DNA of 64,000 nt from IMG/VR virus record IMGVR_UViG_3300037467_001552, positions 4,922 through 68,921 of that record. One strand, 5' to 3'. Shown piece by piece: positions 53,428 through 63,364 of this stretch. A program made the translations under genes and the position numbers. The notes beneath the pieces were generated by a model. That model had not been told where the DNA came from. It was given only the letters and a program-made list of their open reading frames with translations, and ran no database searches. The first letter of the stretch is position 1; each line of letters begins with the position of its first letter. The stretch is from a virus (Duplodnaviria; Caudoviricetes).

Positions 53428-56151
53428 ATGGATGTTTTTAAGATCCAAACTTCCATAGATTTGCACGGCAATCTTGCCAAGGAATTGCGTGCCGTACTTG
53501 GCACGATGGAGAAGATCGAGGGCAAGGCGACTGCCGTCAAGACCCATATCGAGTCTTGGACCGGCGCTGCGAGCAGGGCACTCGCCGAAATCCGTCGGGT
53601 GCATGCAGCCCTGGAGGGCCTGCACGGGATCAAGCGGCGCAACCCGTTCGGTCTAGCAAGCGGACGTAACGCGGGCGGAGCCGAGGCCGAGATCAAGAAG
53701 GTTAAGGCCGAAGTCGAGAGTCTCACGCTCGCATTCGGCGGCATGAAGAAGGCGTCAAGCGGCCTCACGACCCGCTTCGGCAATTGGGCCACTCGCCTGG
53801 AGTCAGCGGCCAGCCACGCACAGACCCTCCACAGGGCGCTTGAGGGCGCCAAGAACGCCTCCTCCGGACTGAGGATCCCGAGGGGCGGCGGCGGCGGAGG
53901 CAACGGCGGCATCCGGCAGCCCCGCGGTGGCGGCGCGCATGGAGGCTACGGCCCTTACGTCGCGGCCGGCGCTGCGCCCGGCATGATCGAGCACGCTCTT
54001 CATCCGGGCGTTGATCTCAATGCGGAGATCTCCAACTATCGCCTGAGTGGCGCGTCGCCAGCCAACGTCAGGGCGGCCGTAGAGGCATCCTATGCGGCCT
54101 CGTCGCGGGTTCCGAGCATCGGCGTTGCCGAGAACCTCGAGATGCTCCGCGAAGTCGCGGGTGAAACCGGAGACGATGCCGGGGCTCGTGCCATCATCAG
54201 CGATCTCGCCCAAGCGCGCGCAGTGCTGGGGCGCGCAACAGGCAAGAACAGCAAACAGGACATGGTCCGGCTGTTCAAGTTCATCGGCCTGCGCGGCGGC
54301 GCGATCGACGAGAAGAACCACCGCATCGACGTGGGCAAGTTCCGCGAGGAACTCGATGGGTCAACCCGCGCTCTTGTTGCGGGTCAGGGCCTGATCACGT
54401 CGAACGACCTGAACCAGCTTGCGCGGCAGGCTGGTCCGATGGCCAAGGGCATGTCGCTCGACGACCTGTTCGCCGCCACGCTCGCGTCCATCGAAGACAT
54501 GGGCGGCTCGCGCACCGGCACGTCGATGACCGCTATGGGCCGCCAAGTGCTCGGCGGCATCATGACCGGCAAGGCCACCAAGCACTGGAAGGAGCGCGGG
54601 CTCATCCAGGGCAAGGAGGACGTGGACTGGCACGCGACAAAGGCCGGCGGCATTGTCGTCGACAAGCCTGAGAACGCGATAGCGGGCTACGACGTCCTGA
54701 TGAAGCAGGGCGTCAAGGCGTGGGTGGATCAGATCGCGCGCCCCGCCATGGAGCGCGCCGGCATCACGGATCGGACGAAGCAGAACGCCGAACTGTATCA
54801 GTGGGGCGGCACCGAGACCTCTCGCCGCCTGCTCAGCCTTGCGCTGACCGGCGGCGAGCAACTCGAAGCCGTCGCCGAGCGGTACAAGAAGGCGATGGGC
54901 ATCGGCGGGTACGACAAGGTGCTCGCCGGGCAGGATCTTGGAACCTCCATTGAGGGGCTCAAGAAATCGCTCGACACGCTCACGACGTCGCTCACCAATA
55001 CGGGCGGGTTGGCGGGGCCGCTCAACACCTTGGCGACGACGATCGCGTCCTTTGCGGAATCGACGTCCAAGCACCCCATCGCGGCTGAGATCGGGACGGC
55101 GGTCGGGCTCGCCCTTGCGGGCGGCGCGGCCACGGCCGGCATCGCGGCAGCCATCGCTGCGGGCTTCGCCGCACTTCCGACGCTCGCTGTTGCGATCGGC
55201 GCTGGTGCGACCGTGACGATCCTGGGCGCGCTCATCCCGTGGCGGGAGATCCTGCCCAAGTGGATGCTGGAGCCCGACAACCAAGCGATCGTCAAGGCGC
55301 AGCAGGATCTCAAGAAGGCCAATCCTGAAGACCTCGATACGATCCTGAACCGGGCATACAAGTCCAAGCGGGACATGCTTCTCGACCCCGAGGGGCATCG
55401 TGGCCAGGAGATGCTGCGCCGGGACGCGCGTCAGCGTGAGCTGGAGCAGCTCGAGAAGATCCCGCCGAAGACGGACGGCGCAACGCAGAAGCTCGGCGAG
55501 CTTGAGGGCGCGATCGGGAAGCTCGCGGTGACCGCCTCTGTCGCCGGAGCGATGATCCAGAACGCTGCGTGGGCGTCACTCGGCGGCGGCGGATCCGGCA
55601 TCCAGAAGGCGAACTTCACGCCAGGCGGCGGCGGACTGGGCGGCGGCAACGGCATCGTCCCTCCCGGCATCACGGGCAGCGACGCCAACATGCTTGGGCT
55701 GATCTCGAAGTACGAGAGCGGCGGCCGGAACGTGATGAACTACATCGGCGACCGGACGCACACGGCGCAGGGCTACTACCAGATCACCAACTCGAACTGG
55801 CGCAAGATCGCGCCGAGGCTGGGGATCACGGCGCCCAACGCCATGTCGGCGAGCTTGGCGGATCAGGCCCGTGTTGCACGGGTCCTGCTGCACAACGGCA
55901 AGGGCATCCGGAACTGGTCGGACTACAATCCGAGGCTCCGCGGTGCGCTCCAGCGCGGCGAGACCTATCACGGTCCTGCTGTCCCGCCGCCCCCGCCCGC
56001 CCCCGCCCGTGGCGAGCAGAGCGTGCAACTGCACGTCGACGGCCAGCGTCTCGCGAGCATCATGACCCGGCACCAGTTCCGGTCAGGCAATCGACCGGCA
56101 ACCGGCGCCAACATCGCCGACATGTCAGAGATCTACCCGGTCGTCGGCTAA
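53428..56151 (+). CDS. Tape measure protein with C-terminal lysozyme-like (Rpf/transglycosylase-type) domain
   Basis: 907 aa, Ala/Gly-rich helical; ISKYESGG..AQGYYQITNSNW..DQARVARVLL..NWS. Confidence 0.85.
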   Translation: MDVFKIQTSIDLHGNLAKELRAVLGTMEKIEGKATAVKTHIESWTGAASRALAEIRRVHAALEGLHGIKRRNPFGLASGRNAGGAEAEIKKVKAEVESLTLAFGGMKKASSGLTTRFGNWATRLESAASHAQTLHRALEGAKNASSGLRIPRGGGGGGNGGIRQPRGGGAHGGYGPYVAAGAAPGMIEHALHPGVDLNAEISNYRLSGASPANVRAAVEASYAASSRVPSIGVAENLEMLREVAGETGDDAGARAIISDLAQARAVLGRATGKNSKQDMVRLFKFIGLRGGAIDEKNHRIDVGKFREELDGSTRALVAGQGLITSNDLNQLARQAGPMAKGMSLDDLFAATLASIEDMGGSRTGTSMTAMGRQVLGGIMTGKATKHWKERGLIQGKEDVDWHATKAGGIVVDKPENAIAGYDVLMKQGVKAWVDQIARPAMERAGITDRTKQNAELYQWGGTETSRRLLSLALTGGEQLEAVAERYKKAMGIGGYDKVLAGQDLGTSIEGLKKSLDTLTTSLTNTGGLAGPLNTLATTIASFAESTSKHPIAAEIGTAVGLALAGGAATAGIAAAIAAGFAALPTLAVAIGAGATVTILGALIPWREILPKWMLEPDNQAIVKAQQDLKKANPEDLDTILNRAYKSKRDMLLDPEGHRGQEMLRRDARQRELEQLEKIPPKTDGATQKLGELEGAIGKLAVTASVAGAMIQNAAWASLGGGGSGIQKANFTPGGGGLGGGNGIVPPGITGSDANMLGLISKYESGGRNVMNYIGDRTHTAQGYYQITNSNWRKIAPRLGITAPNAMSASLADQARVARVLLHNGKGIRNWSDYNPRLRGALQRGETYHGPAVPPPPPAPARGEQSVQLHVDGQRLASIMTRHQFRSGNRPATGANIADMSEIYPVVG

Positions 56152-56169
56152 ACAAAAGGCAAGTCGTTC

Positions 56170-56922
56170 ATGGCCGTTACATTGGGCGGCTTCGCCTTCG
56201 CCAATCTCGAGATCCCGGAGGAGATGCCCTTCTCCGGGTCAAAGCATCTTATGATGCACCACCTGATCGGCGGAGATCGGGTGTTTGATGACATGGGCGA
56301 CAACCCCGATCCGATTGAATGGACCGGCGTATTCCTGGGCGGCAGCGCCTCGGCGCGCGCCCGGCAGCTCGACGCGATGAAGCAGGAAGGCGGGCAGTAC
56401 CTGCTCACCTGGGGAAGTTTCGCGCGCCAGGTCGTGATCCGGCACTTCAAGGCCCGCTATCACTACGAGTATAGGGTCAGCTACTCGATCTGCGTCGAGG
56501 TGGTGCCGACACAAGCGGCCGGCATCCCGTCGATCGCGGACCTGATCGCGGGCGACTTCGCCACGCTCGCTGGCATGGTTCTCGACCCGGCGAGCGCCGC
56601 GCTCGTCAGCACAGCGCAGATCGCGGTCTCTGGCGCTGCGGCTGCGGCCGCCACGGGCCAGTTCGTGGATGCGCCGCTGCCCGCGCTGCTCAACGCCTCG
56701 GCGACCGTCCAGGCGGCCGCCAACGGTCTCTTCGGCGCCATGGATGCGGCCGACGTCGCCCAGCCGGAACTCGATCTCACGGCGCTCTCCGGCCTGTCGC
56801 CGACGGACGCGAGCGCCACGCTTCTCAATCTCGTGAACACGAGCGCCGCGGTGGCCGACACGGCCGCGGCCGCGGGCTATCTCGGCCGCATCGCAGGCAA
56901 CGTCGCTCTCTACGGGGGATAA
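56170..56922 (+). CDS. Baseplate hub/tail tube initiator protein
   Basis: LGGFAFANLEIPEEMPF..IEWTGVF..LTWG; position after TMP. Confidence 0.7.
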   Translation: MAVTLGGFAFANLEIPEEMPFSGSKHLMMHHLIGGDRVFDDMGDNPDPIEWTGVFLGGSASARARQLDAMKQEGGQYLLTWGSFARQVVIRHFKARYHYEYRVSYSICVEVVPTQAAGIPSIADLIAGDFATLAGMVLDPASAALVSTAQIAVSGAAAAAATGQFVDAPLPALLNASATVQAAANGLFGAMDAADVAQPELDLTALSGLSPTDASATLLNLVNTSAAVADTAAAAGYLGRIAGNVALYGG

Positions 56923-56925
56923 GGC

Positions 56926-57189
56926 ATGACGACCGTCCCGGCGCGCACGCCGCAGGGCGCGCGCACGATCACGGTTGTGAACGCGAACCTCTTCCAGGTC
57001 GCCGAGGAGTATCTCGGTAACGCAACGGCGTGGGGTCGAATTGCCGATATCAATTCGGTCCCCGGCGTCGCGCCCGACTTCATCCTGACCGGCCCGACGA
57101 CGCTCATTCTGCCACGCTCCGGCTCCGGCTCGGATGACGGCACGACCGGCGTCGCGCCTGAAACGATCCTGTTCGGGGTCAATCCCTGA
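56926..57189 (+). CDS. LysM-like baseplate protein
   Basis: NLFQVAEEYLGNATAWGRIADIN..LILP. Confidence 0.7.
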   Translation: MTTVPARTPQGARTITVVNANLFQVAEEYLGNATAWGRIADINSVPGVAPDFILTGPTTLILPRSGSGSDDGTTGVAPETILFGVNP

Positions 57190-58352
57190 TGCCGTCCCAG
57201 GTCCGCCAGCCGCGCTTCCAGATCCTGATCGAGGGCAACCCCGTCCCGCTCGTGGAGGGGTCGGTCAACACGTCCCGGCACGCGCGCGCCGATACGTTCC
57301 AGGCGTCGACCGCATTGCAGGCGACCGGCAAACCGCTCGGCTACTGGGCCAGCGTCGGCCCGGTCGAGTGCATCGTGCAGGGCTGCAACGATGCGGAGGG
57401 CGGCTGGGTCACGCTTTTGAAAGGCCGATTGGACTCGGTCGAGGTCAGGGCAGACGCTCGCGAGGGCGCGAAAATTCATTTTTCTGGCCGCGACAACTCG
57501 GCCCGGCTGATCGACGGCAAGACGACCGCCAAGCGGCTCAACAAGAAGTCGAGCGAGATCGTCAAGGAACTCGCCGAGAAGTATGGGCTCCAGGCCGACG
57601 TGGACGATACGTCCGACGAGTCCGGCAAGGTCCACACGCAGGACCACGCTCACCTTGAGGACAACGAGACCGCCTGGAACACCATCGCGCGGCTTGCCGA
57701 GCGTGAGGGCGCGTTCTTATACTTTAAGGACGACACGGTTTACTTCAAGCAGCCCGGCAGCGACAGCCAGGGCGGCACCTACCCGATCCGGTTCACGCCA
57801 CCCGATGACGAGGCGACTGCGATCGGAAGCATCATCGCGATCCAGTTGACGCAGAATGTTCACCTGAACAAAGGCGTCAAGCAGACCGTAAGATCTTATC
57901 ACACCCGCAAAGAAAAGAACATCTGCACCACCAAGGAAGCAGAGGCTGCGAGCTACGGCGAGCCGCTGGAGTTCATCGACCACATTCCCGGCCTGACGGA
58001 CGATCAGGTCGAGAAGATCGCCACCAAGAAGCAGATCGAGCGCCAGCGCCACGAGATGCAGATCGAGGTGGTCATGCCGGGCGACGTGAATTTCGACGCG
58101 CGCATGATGGTCGAACTGTCGGGTACGGGATCGGCGTGGGACCAAGAGTACCACGTCAATACTTGCACGCATCAGTTTAACACGTTCAACGGTTATACGA
58201 TGCGGATCTCGGCCCAGAATAAGAAGGGCGGAGAGGGCGGAGGCGAGGACGGCGGCGCGGGCGGCACGGATCCGAACAGCGTGCCTGAGACCGCCGGGCC
58301 GAACGCGCCGCAGACCGTTCCGTTGCCCCCGACACGGCCGCAGGGCTTGTGA
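57189..58352 (+). CDS. Baseplate hub protein (late control D/gp44-like)
   Basis: FSGRDNSARLID..SEIVKELAEKYGL..WNTIARLAEREG. Confidence 0.8.
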   Translation: MPSQVRQPRFQILIEGNPVPLVEGSVNTSRHARADTFQASTALQATGKPLGYWASVGPVECIVQGCNDAEGGWVTLLKGRLDSVEVRADAREGAKIHFSGRDNSARLIDGKTTAKRLNKKSSEIVKELAEKYGLQADVDDTSDESGKVHTQDHAHLEDNETAWNTIARLAEREGAFLYFKDDTVYFKQPGSDSQGGTYPIRFTPPDDEATAIGSIIAIQLTQNVHLNKGVKQTVRSYHTRKEKNICTTKEAEAASYGEPLEFIDHIPGLTDDQVEKIATKKQIERQRHEMQIEVVMPGDVNFDARMMVELSGTGSAWDQEYHVNTCTHQFNTFNGYTMRISAQNKKGGEGGGEDGGAGGTDPNSVPETAGPNAPQTVPLPPTRPQGL

Positions 58353-58361
58353 GGCACCTTC

Positions 58362-59135
58362 ATGCACATGGAGCAGATCAAGGCGCTTGTTCGCCTTGAG
58401 GTCGAGCGCGTCACGGCACGCCGCAAGCACACCCGGAATGCGATCGTCACCTCGGTCGACCCGGACACCTACTCGGCCAAGGTGCGCTACGAGCCGCACG
58501 ACCCGAACGATCAGGACAACGCCGAGTCCGGCTGGATCCCGATCCAAGCGATGGCGACGGGGCAGGGCTACGGCATCTACAGCTTGCCGAAGGTCGGCCA
58601 CCCGGTGGAGGTCAGCTTCCAGGAAGGCGATCACGAGACCGGCCGGATCGTCCAGCGACACGCGAGCGAACAGCACCAAGCCCCTGAAAACATGAAGGAA
58701 GGCGAGCACTGGCTCGTCCACGAGACCGGTTCGGCGATCAAGTTCGCCAAGGACGGAACGGTCTCCATTCTCGGCGCGGGCTCGATCCCGAACCGTCAGG
58801 GCAAGGACGCCTCGACCGGCAAGGACGGCACGTCCCAGCAGAGCCAGCAGCCGGAAGGAAAGCAGACCTTCACGGTCAGCCCCGACGGCTCGTTCTCGTT
58901 CGCGCACAAAGGCGGCACGACGATCTCGGTCGACAGCAACGGCGCGGTGACGATCAAGGCCAAGGATCAGGCTGTGACGGTCGATGCCGGATCCGGCTCG
59001 ATCACCTACAAAGCGCAGTCGCACACCTTCCAGGGTGATACGAACATCACGGGCGGCCTGACCGCCAGCGGCAACGTCACGTCCAGCGGCACTGTCACGG
59101 GCGCGATCGTCACCAACGGCGCGCACACCCTCTAG
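58362..59135 (+). CDS. Baseplate spike protein (gpV-like)
   Basis: OB-fold AKVRY..SGWIP..LPKVGHPVEVSF; beta-repeat C-terminus ending in HTL. Confidence 0.8.
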   Translation: MHMEQIKALVRLEVERVTARRKHTRNAIVTSVDPDTYSAKVRYEPHDPNDQDNAESGWIPIQAMATGQGYGIYSLPKVGHPVEVSFQEGDHETGRIVQRHASEQHQAPENMKEGEHWLVHETGSAIKFAKDGTVSILGAGSIPNRQGKDASTGKDGTSQQSQQPEGKQTFTVSPDGSFSFAHKGGTTISVDSNGAVTIKAKDQAVTVDAGSGSITYKAQSHTFQGDTNITGGLTASGNVTSSGTVTGAIVTNGAHTL

Positions 59136-59147
59136 CAGCAGGCGAAA

Positions 59148-59540
59148 ATGGCCGACCTGAACCACTTCTGGGGCGGCGACCTCGCGCTGTCTCCGACGGG
59201 CGATCTCGCGACCGTCGATGGCGCGCTCCGGGGCGAGCAGAGGATCATCCGCCGGCTCTGCACCAACGGCCGGGACGCGCTCGGCCAGAAGGTCGGCGAG
59301 TACCTGTTCCACTCGGACTACGGCGCCGGGATCCCGCGCTATGTCGGCGAGCCCGATCCGTCCGCGCGCGTCGAGGGCGTCTGCCGCGAGCAGATGCTCA
59401 ACGAGACCGCGGTGGTGCAGTCGCCGCCGCCGAGCGTGGACGTCGCGATCAATCAGCTCGGCACGCTGACAATGACCATCGCCTACACCGATGCCCCCTC
59501 CAAAACGCCCCGCACCTTGTCTTTCGATGTGAGCGCATAA
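59148..59540 (+). CDS. Baseplate wedge protein (gp25/gp46-like)
   Basis: DLALSPTGDL..RRLCTN..YGAGIPRYVG. Confidence 0.75.
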   Translation: MADLNHFWGGDLALSPTGDLATVDGALRGEQRIIRRLCTNGRDALGQKVGEYLFHSDYGAGIPRYVGEPDPSARVEGVCREQMLNETAVVQSPPPSVDVAINQLGTLTMTIAYTDAPSKTPRTLSFDVSA

Positions 59541-59544
59541 GAGC

Positions 59545-60699
59545 ATGGCCGCCCCGACCACCAAGAAGCACGCGACCCTCGTCCAGGACGCGGCGGCGGC
59601 GGCCCAGGCGACCAGCCAGACCCCGCTCGACTTCACGCAAGGCTCCGTCTTCCTCGCGCTGGCGGAAGCCGCCGCGGGCGTGGGGACGTGGTTTCAGAAG
59701 CTCTACATCTTCGCGCTGTCGGTCACGCGCCTCGCCTCGAGCCAAGGCGTCTGGGTCGACACCTTCGTCAACGCCTTCGGCATGACCCGGCTGGCGGCTG
59801 TTGCGGCGACCGGCCTCGTGCAGTTCTCCCGCTACTCCACGGTCGGCAACATCGCGATCCCAGTGGGCGCGCAGGTCGTCACGACCGACGGCAGCCAGGT
59901 CTTTCAGGTCTACGCGGACCTGACCAACGCCGCCTACTCGGCGACGGCGACCGCTTCAGGCGGCCCCGGCTACGTCCTGCTGGCCGGCGCCAACACGGTT
60001 GCGGTGCCGGTGCAAGCACTCAACGCCGGCACGGTCGGCAACGTGCAGGCGCAGGCGATCACCAAGCTGCGCACGGCGGTGTCGGGCATCGACGCGGTCG
60101 TCAACACGGCCGCGTTTACGAACGGCGCGAACCAAGAGAGCGACGCGGCCGTCAAGGTCCGGTTCGTCCTCTACATCGCCTCGCTCCAGAAGGCGACGCG
60201 CAACGCGCTCGCCTACGCGATCTCGGCGATCGGCCTGAACCTCCAGTCCCAGTTTGCCGAGTTCACGAGCCCGCAGGGCACGGCGGATGACGGCCAGAAC
60301 AGCATCTGGGTCGACGACGGCTCCGGCAATCCGCCGACCGCGACCGTGACAGCGGCAGCCGCGGCGGTGAACCAGTACCGTGCCTTTGGCGTGCGGATCG
60401 GGGTCTACGGCGCAACGACGCTCGGCGCGACGGTCCAGATCGCGGTCAACATCGACCCGACCTACAACGTCCAGGCCGTCGTCGCCGCAGTCCAGGCGGC
60501 GATCACCACCTACGTGAACGGCCTCGGGCTCGGCAACACGCTCCGCTACACCCGGCTGGAGCAGCTCGCCTACGACGCCTCGACCGGCGTGACCAACGTC
60601 TCCTCGGTCTCGCTGAACGGCGGCACGTCCGACCTCGTCCCGGCGCTCGGCCAGACGATCAAGATCTCGAGCGTCTCCGTCAACCCGACGAGCCCGTGA
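59545..60699 (+). CDS. Baseplate J-like protein
   Basis: GSVFLALAEA, AATGLVQF, ALNAGTVGN, GANQESDAAVKVRF. Confidence 0.88.
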   Translation: MAAPTTKKHATLVQDAAAAAQATSQTPLDFTQGSVFLALAEAAAGVGTWFQKLYIFALSVTRLASSQGVWVDTFVNAFGMTRLAAVAATGLVQFSRYSTVGNIAIPVGAQVVTTDGSQVFQVYADLTNAAYSATATASGGPGYVLLAGANTVAVPVQALNAGTVGNVQAQAITKLRTAVSGIDAVVNTAAFTNGANQESDAAVKVRFVLYIASLQKATRNALAYAISAIGLNLQSQFAEFTSPQGTADDGQNSIWVDDGSGNPPTATVTAAAAAVNQYRAFGVRIGVYGATTLGATVQIAVNIDPTYNVQAVVAAVQAAITTYVNGLGLGNTLRYTRLEQLAYDASTGVTNVSSVSLNGGTSDLVPALGQTIKISSVSVNPTSP

Positions 60700-60706
60700 G
60701 GCCAGC

Positions 60707-61354
60707 ATGGCAACGCCTGACATGCCGAGCAGGCTGAAGAGCCTGCTGCCGCCCTCGTGGTTCGGCGACGGCCCCGCGCCGGTCCGGGACGCGATCCTGG
60801 CCGCGCTCGGTGCGCCGGCCTCCTGGGCTTACAGCCTGTACAGCTTCGTCCTAGCGCAGGCGCGGCTGACGACGAGTTCGGGCATCTTCGTCGACCTGTT
60901 CGGCCTCGACTTCTTCGGCAGGAACCTGCCGCGGCGCACGGGCGAGACCGACGACAGCTACATCCCGCGGATCAAGGCCGAGCTGATCCGGCCGCGCAAC
61001 ACACGGGCGGCGATGAGCCAGGCGCTCACGGACCTGACCGGGACCGCGCCGACCCTGTTCGAGCCGTGGAACACCGGCGACGCGGCCGCGCTCGGCTACA
61101 CCTTCGGCGTCGGCGTCGGCGCCCCGCTCGGCTCGCTATCCGAGCCGAACCAAGTCTTCATCACCGTCAAGAGCCCCGGCTACTCGGGCGTCCCGAACAT
61201 CGCGGGCGTCGGCACCAGCGCGGGCGGCGTCGGCGTCGGCGCGCTCGCCACCATCGGCTCCCAGCGCACGGGCGGCGTCACCAACGCCGAGATCTACGCG
61301 ACCGTGCTGCGCAACGTCGCGGCCGGCGTCCGCGCCTGGGTCAAGATCACGTAG
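60707..61354 (+). CDS. Baseplate wedge protein (tail protein I-like)
   Basis: LFGLDFFG..RRTGETDDSYIPRIK; follows gpJ. Confidence 0.75.
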   Translation: MATPDMPSRLKSLLPPSWFGDGPAPVRDAILAALGAPASWAYSLYSFVLAQARLTTSSGIFVDLFGLDFFGRNLPRRTGETDDSYIPRIKAELIRPRNTRAAMSQALTDLTGTAPTLFEPWNTGDAAALGYTFGVGVGAPLGSLSEPNQVFITVKSPGYSGVPNIAGVGTSAGGVGVGALATIGSQRTGGVTNAEIYATVLRNVAAGVRAWVKIT

Positions 61355-61435
61355 TTCGGCGCCCCACGCCACCCCTCCTCAATCGTCCCGCTCCGGCCGC
61401 GCTGATCCGCGGCGCGGTCGCGCGCGGAGTTTTCC

Positions 61436-62932
61436 ATGGATCGTCAGGCATTTACGACCGGGCAGCTCGTTCCCAACACCCAGTTGCTGGGCATGGAGAA
61501 GGGCAAGCTCATCGCGCTCGGCTACGCGATGGACGCGACCTTCGGCGCCGGGCCGGTCGTCTCCGGCCTCGCCTGTACCCAGACCGCGTCGCCGTCCCTC
61601 TCCGTCGTGGTCGGCCCCGGCTCGATCATGACCAAGACCGCGATCGACTCGACGACCGCCTACAGTGATCTCGGGACGGACACCAACGCGACGGTCAAGC
61701 AGGGCATCCTGCAAGAGCCCGGCGCCACCCTGACCCTGACGGCGCCCAGCACGGCCGGCTACAGCCAGGTCTACCTGATCCAGGCGACGCAGTCTGACGT
61801 TGACGTCACGACCACGGTGCCGTTCTACAACGCCGCCAACCCGGCGGTGCCCTATAACGGCCCGAGCAACTCCGGCAACGCGACCCTGACGTTGCGGCAG
61901 TCGAAGTGCGTCGTGTCGCTGAAGGCGGGTGCGGCCGCGACCACCGGCTCGCAGACCGCGCCGTCGCCGGATGCGGGCAATGTCGGCCTATACACGATCA
62001 CGCTGGTCAACGGTCAGTCGACGATCACGACCGGCCAGATCTCGGTCTATCCCGGCGCGCCGTTCGTTCCGGACACGCTGCCCGGCATCCCGGCGGCGAT
62101 CCAGAAGGGCAAGTACACCTCCTACAACGCCACCGGCACGGCGAACGCGCTCGTGATCACCCCGACCCCGGCGCTCGCCGCCTATGGGTTCGGCGCGTCG
62201 TTCACCGTCGTCCCGTCGGCGACCAACACCTCGGCCAGCGTCACCCTCAACGTGTCGGGCCTCGGCGCGCGCACGATCCTGAAGCAGGACGGGACGCAGC
62301 CGGCGATCGGCGACATTCGCCAAGGCGTGCCGTTGCGCGTCTTCGACAACGGCACGAACTACCTCGTTCATGGCTCGCTGCCGAGTGACGTGGTGCTTCC
62401 GGGCAACCTGACGGCCACGCAGCGCATGGCGGTGTTCCTGTCGAGCGGCACCTACACGATCAAGTCGTCGGCGATCAAAGTCACGCTGGTCGGCGGCGGC
62501 GGCGGCGGCAACAACACCTACGGCGGCGGCGCGGGCGCCGAGCTGATCGGCTACGTCACGGGCCTGACGATCGGCAACACGCTGGCGGTCACGATCGGCG
62601 CGGGCGGCACGGGCTTCGTCGGCACAGGCAGTGCTGGCTCCCCCGGCGGCTCGACGACCCTGGACAGCGGCACGCAGTCGATCACGACCCTGACAGCAGG
62701 CGGCGGCAACGGCTCCCCCGGCGGCTCGGGCGGCACGGGCGGCACCGCGACCGGCGGTCAGATCAATTCTGTCGGCAACGGCGGCGGCACCGGCATCGGC
62801 GGCATCGCCGCGCCCAATCCGCCCTTTGGCAACGGCGGCGGCACGGCCGGCAACGGCATCACCGTCAATGGCTCGATGGTGATCAACAACAACGGCGTGC
62901 AGGGCATCGCGATCATTGAGGCGGTGGCGTAA
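61436..62932 (+). CDS. Tail fibre protein with glycine-rich C-terminus
   Basis: TGTANALVITPTP..VTLNVSGLGARTI; LVGGGGGG..GGGAG glycine-rich domain. Confidence 0.8.
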   Translation: MDRQAFTTGQLVPNTQLLGMEKGKLIALGYAMDATFGAGPVVSGLACTQTASPSLSVVVGPGSIMTKTAIDSTTAYSDLGTDTNATVKQGILQEPGATLTLTAPSTAGYSQVYLIQATQSDVDVTTTVPFYNAANPAVPYNGPSNSGNATLTLRQSKCVVSLKAGAAATTGSQTAPSPDAGNVGLYTITLVNGQSTITTGQISVYPGAPFVPDTLPGIPAAIQKGKYTSYNATGTANALVITPTPALAAYGFGASFTVVPSATNTSASVTLNVSGLGARTILKQDGTQPAIGDIRQGVPLRVFDNGTNYLVHGSLPSDVVLPGNLTATQRMAVFLSSGTYTIKSSAIKVTLVGGGGGGNNTYGGGAGAELIGYVTGLTIGNTLAVTIGAGGTGFVGTGSAGSPGGSTTLDSGTQSITTLTAGGGNGSPGGSGGTGGTATGGQINSVGNGGGTGIGGIAAPNPPFGNGGGTAGNGITVNGSMVINNNGVQGIAIIEAVA

Positions 62933-62934
62933 TC

Positions 62935-63345
62935 ATGGCTATCTTCGCACAGATCGCTGACGGCAAGGTCGTCAACCGCGCAGTGTTCGGCGACGAGCCG
63001 CACGAGGGCTGGGTCGACCTCTCCGGCCTCGCCCCCGAGCCGCAGATCGGCTGGAGCTACGACGGGACGGTGTTCACCGCGCCCGTCGAGCCCGCGCCCG
63101 CGCCCGTGACCCGCTACGACTTCCGCGGCTTCCTCGGCCTGTTCACGGCCGACGAGCAGGGCGCGATCGTCAACGCCACCGACACGCAGGTCCGCGTGCT
63201 TTGCCTGATCGGGGCGGGCACGAACGTCGTCGACCTGACGGACGCGCGCACGATCCAGGATGTCGATCACCTGGAAAGCCTCGGCCTGATCGCCGAGGGG
63301 CGCGCCGCGCAGGTCCTCGCCGGACTGACGCCCTCCGCCGCTTAA
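62935..63345 (+). CDS. Tail fibre assembly-like protein
   Basis: FAQIADGKVVN..PQIGWSYDGTVFTAP; GLIAEGRAAQVL. Confidence 0.7.
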   Translation: MAIFAQIADGKVVNRAVFGDEPHEGWVDLSGLAPEPQIGWSYDGTVFTAPVEPAPAPVTRYDFRGFLGLFTADEQGAIVNATDTQVRVLCLIGAGTNVVDLTDARTIQDVDHLESLGLIAEGRAAQVLAGLTPSAA

Positions 63346-63364
63346 GCCGGGTCAGAACGCCAGC

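Noticed and set aside
57717-59636. Long antisense ORFs (also 44278-45780, 46541-48103, 48656-50116, 24034-25374, 42098-43498, 1001-2467)
   Set aside because: Shadow frames of GC3-biased genes on the opposite strand; low-complexity R/G/A-rich translations without motifs.
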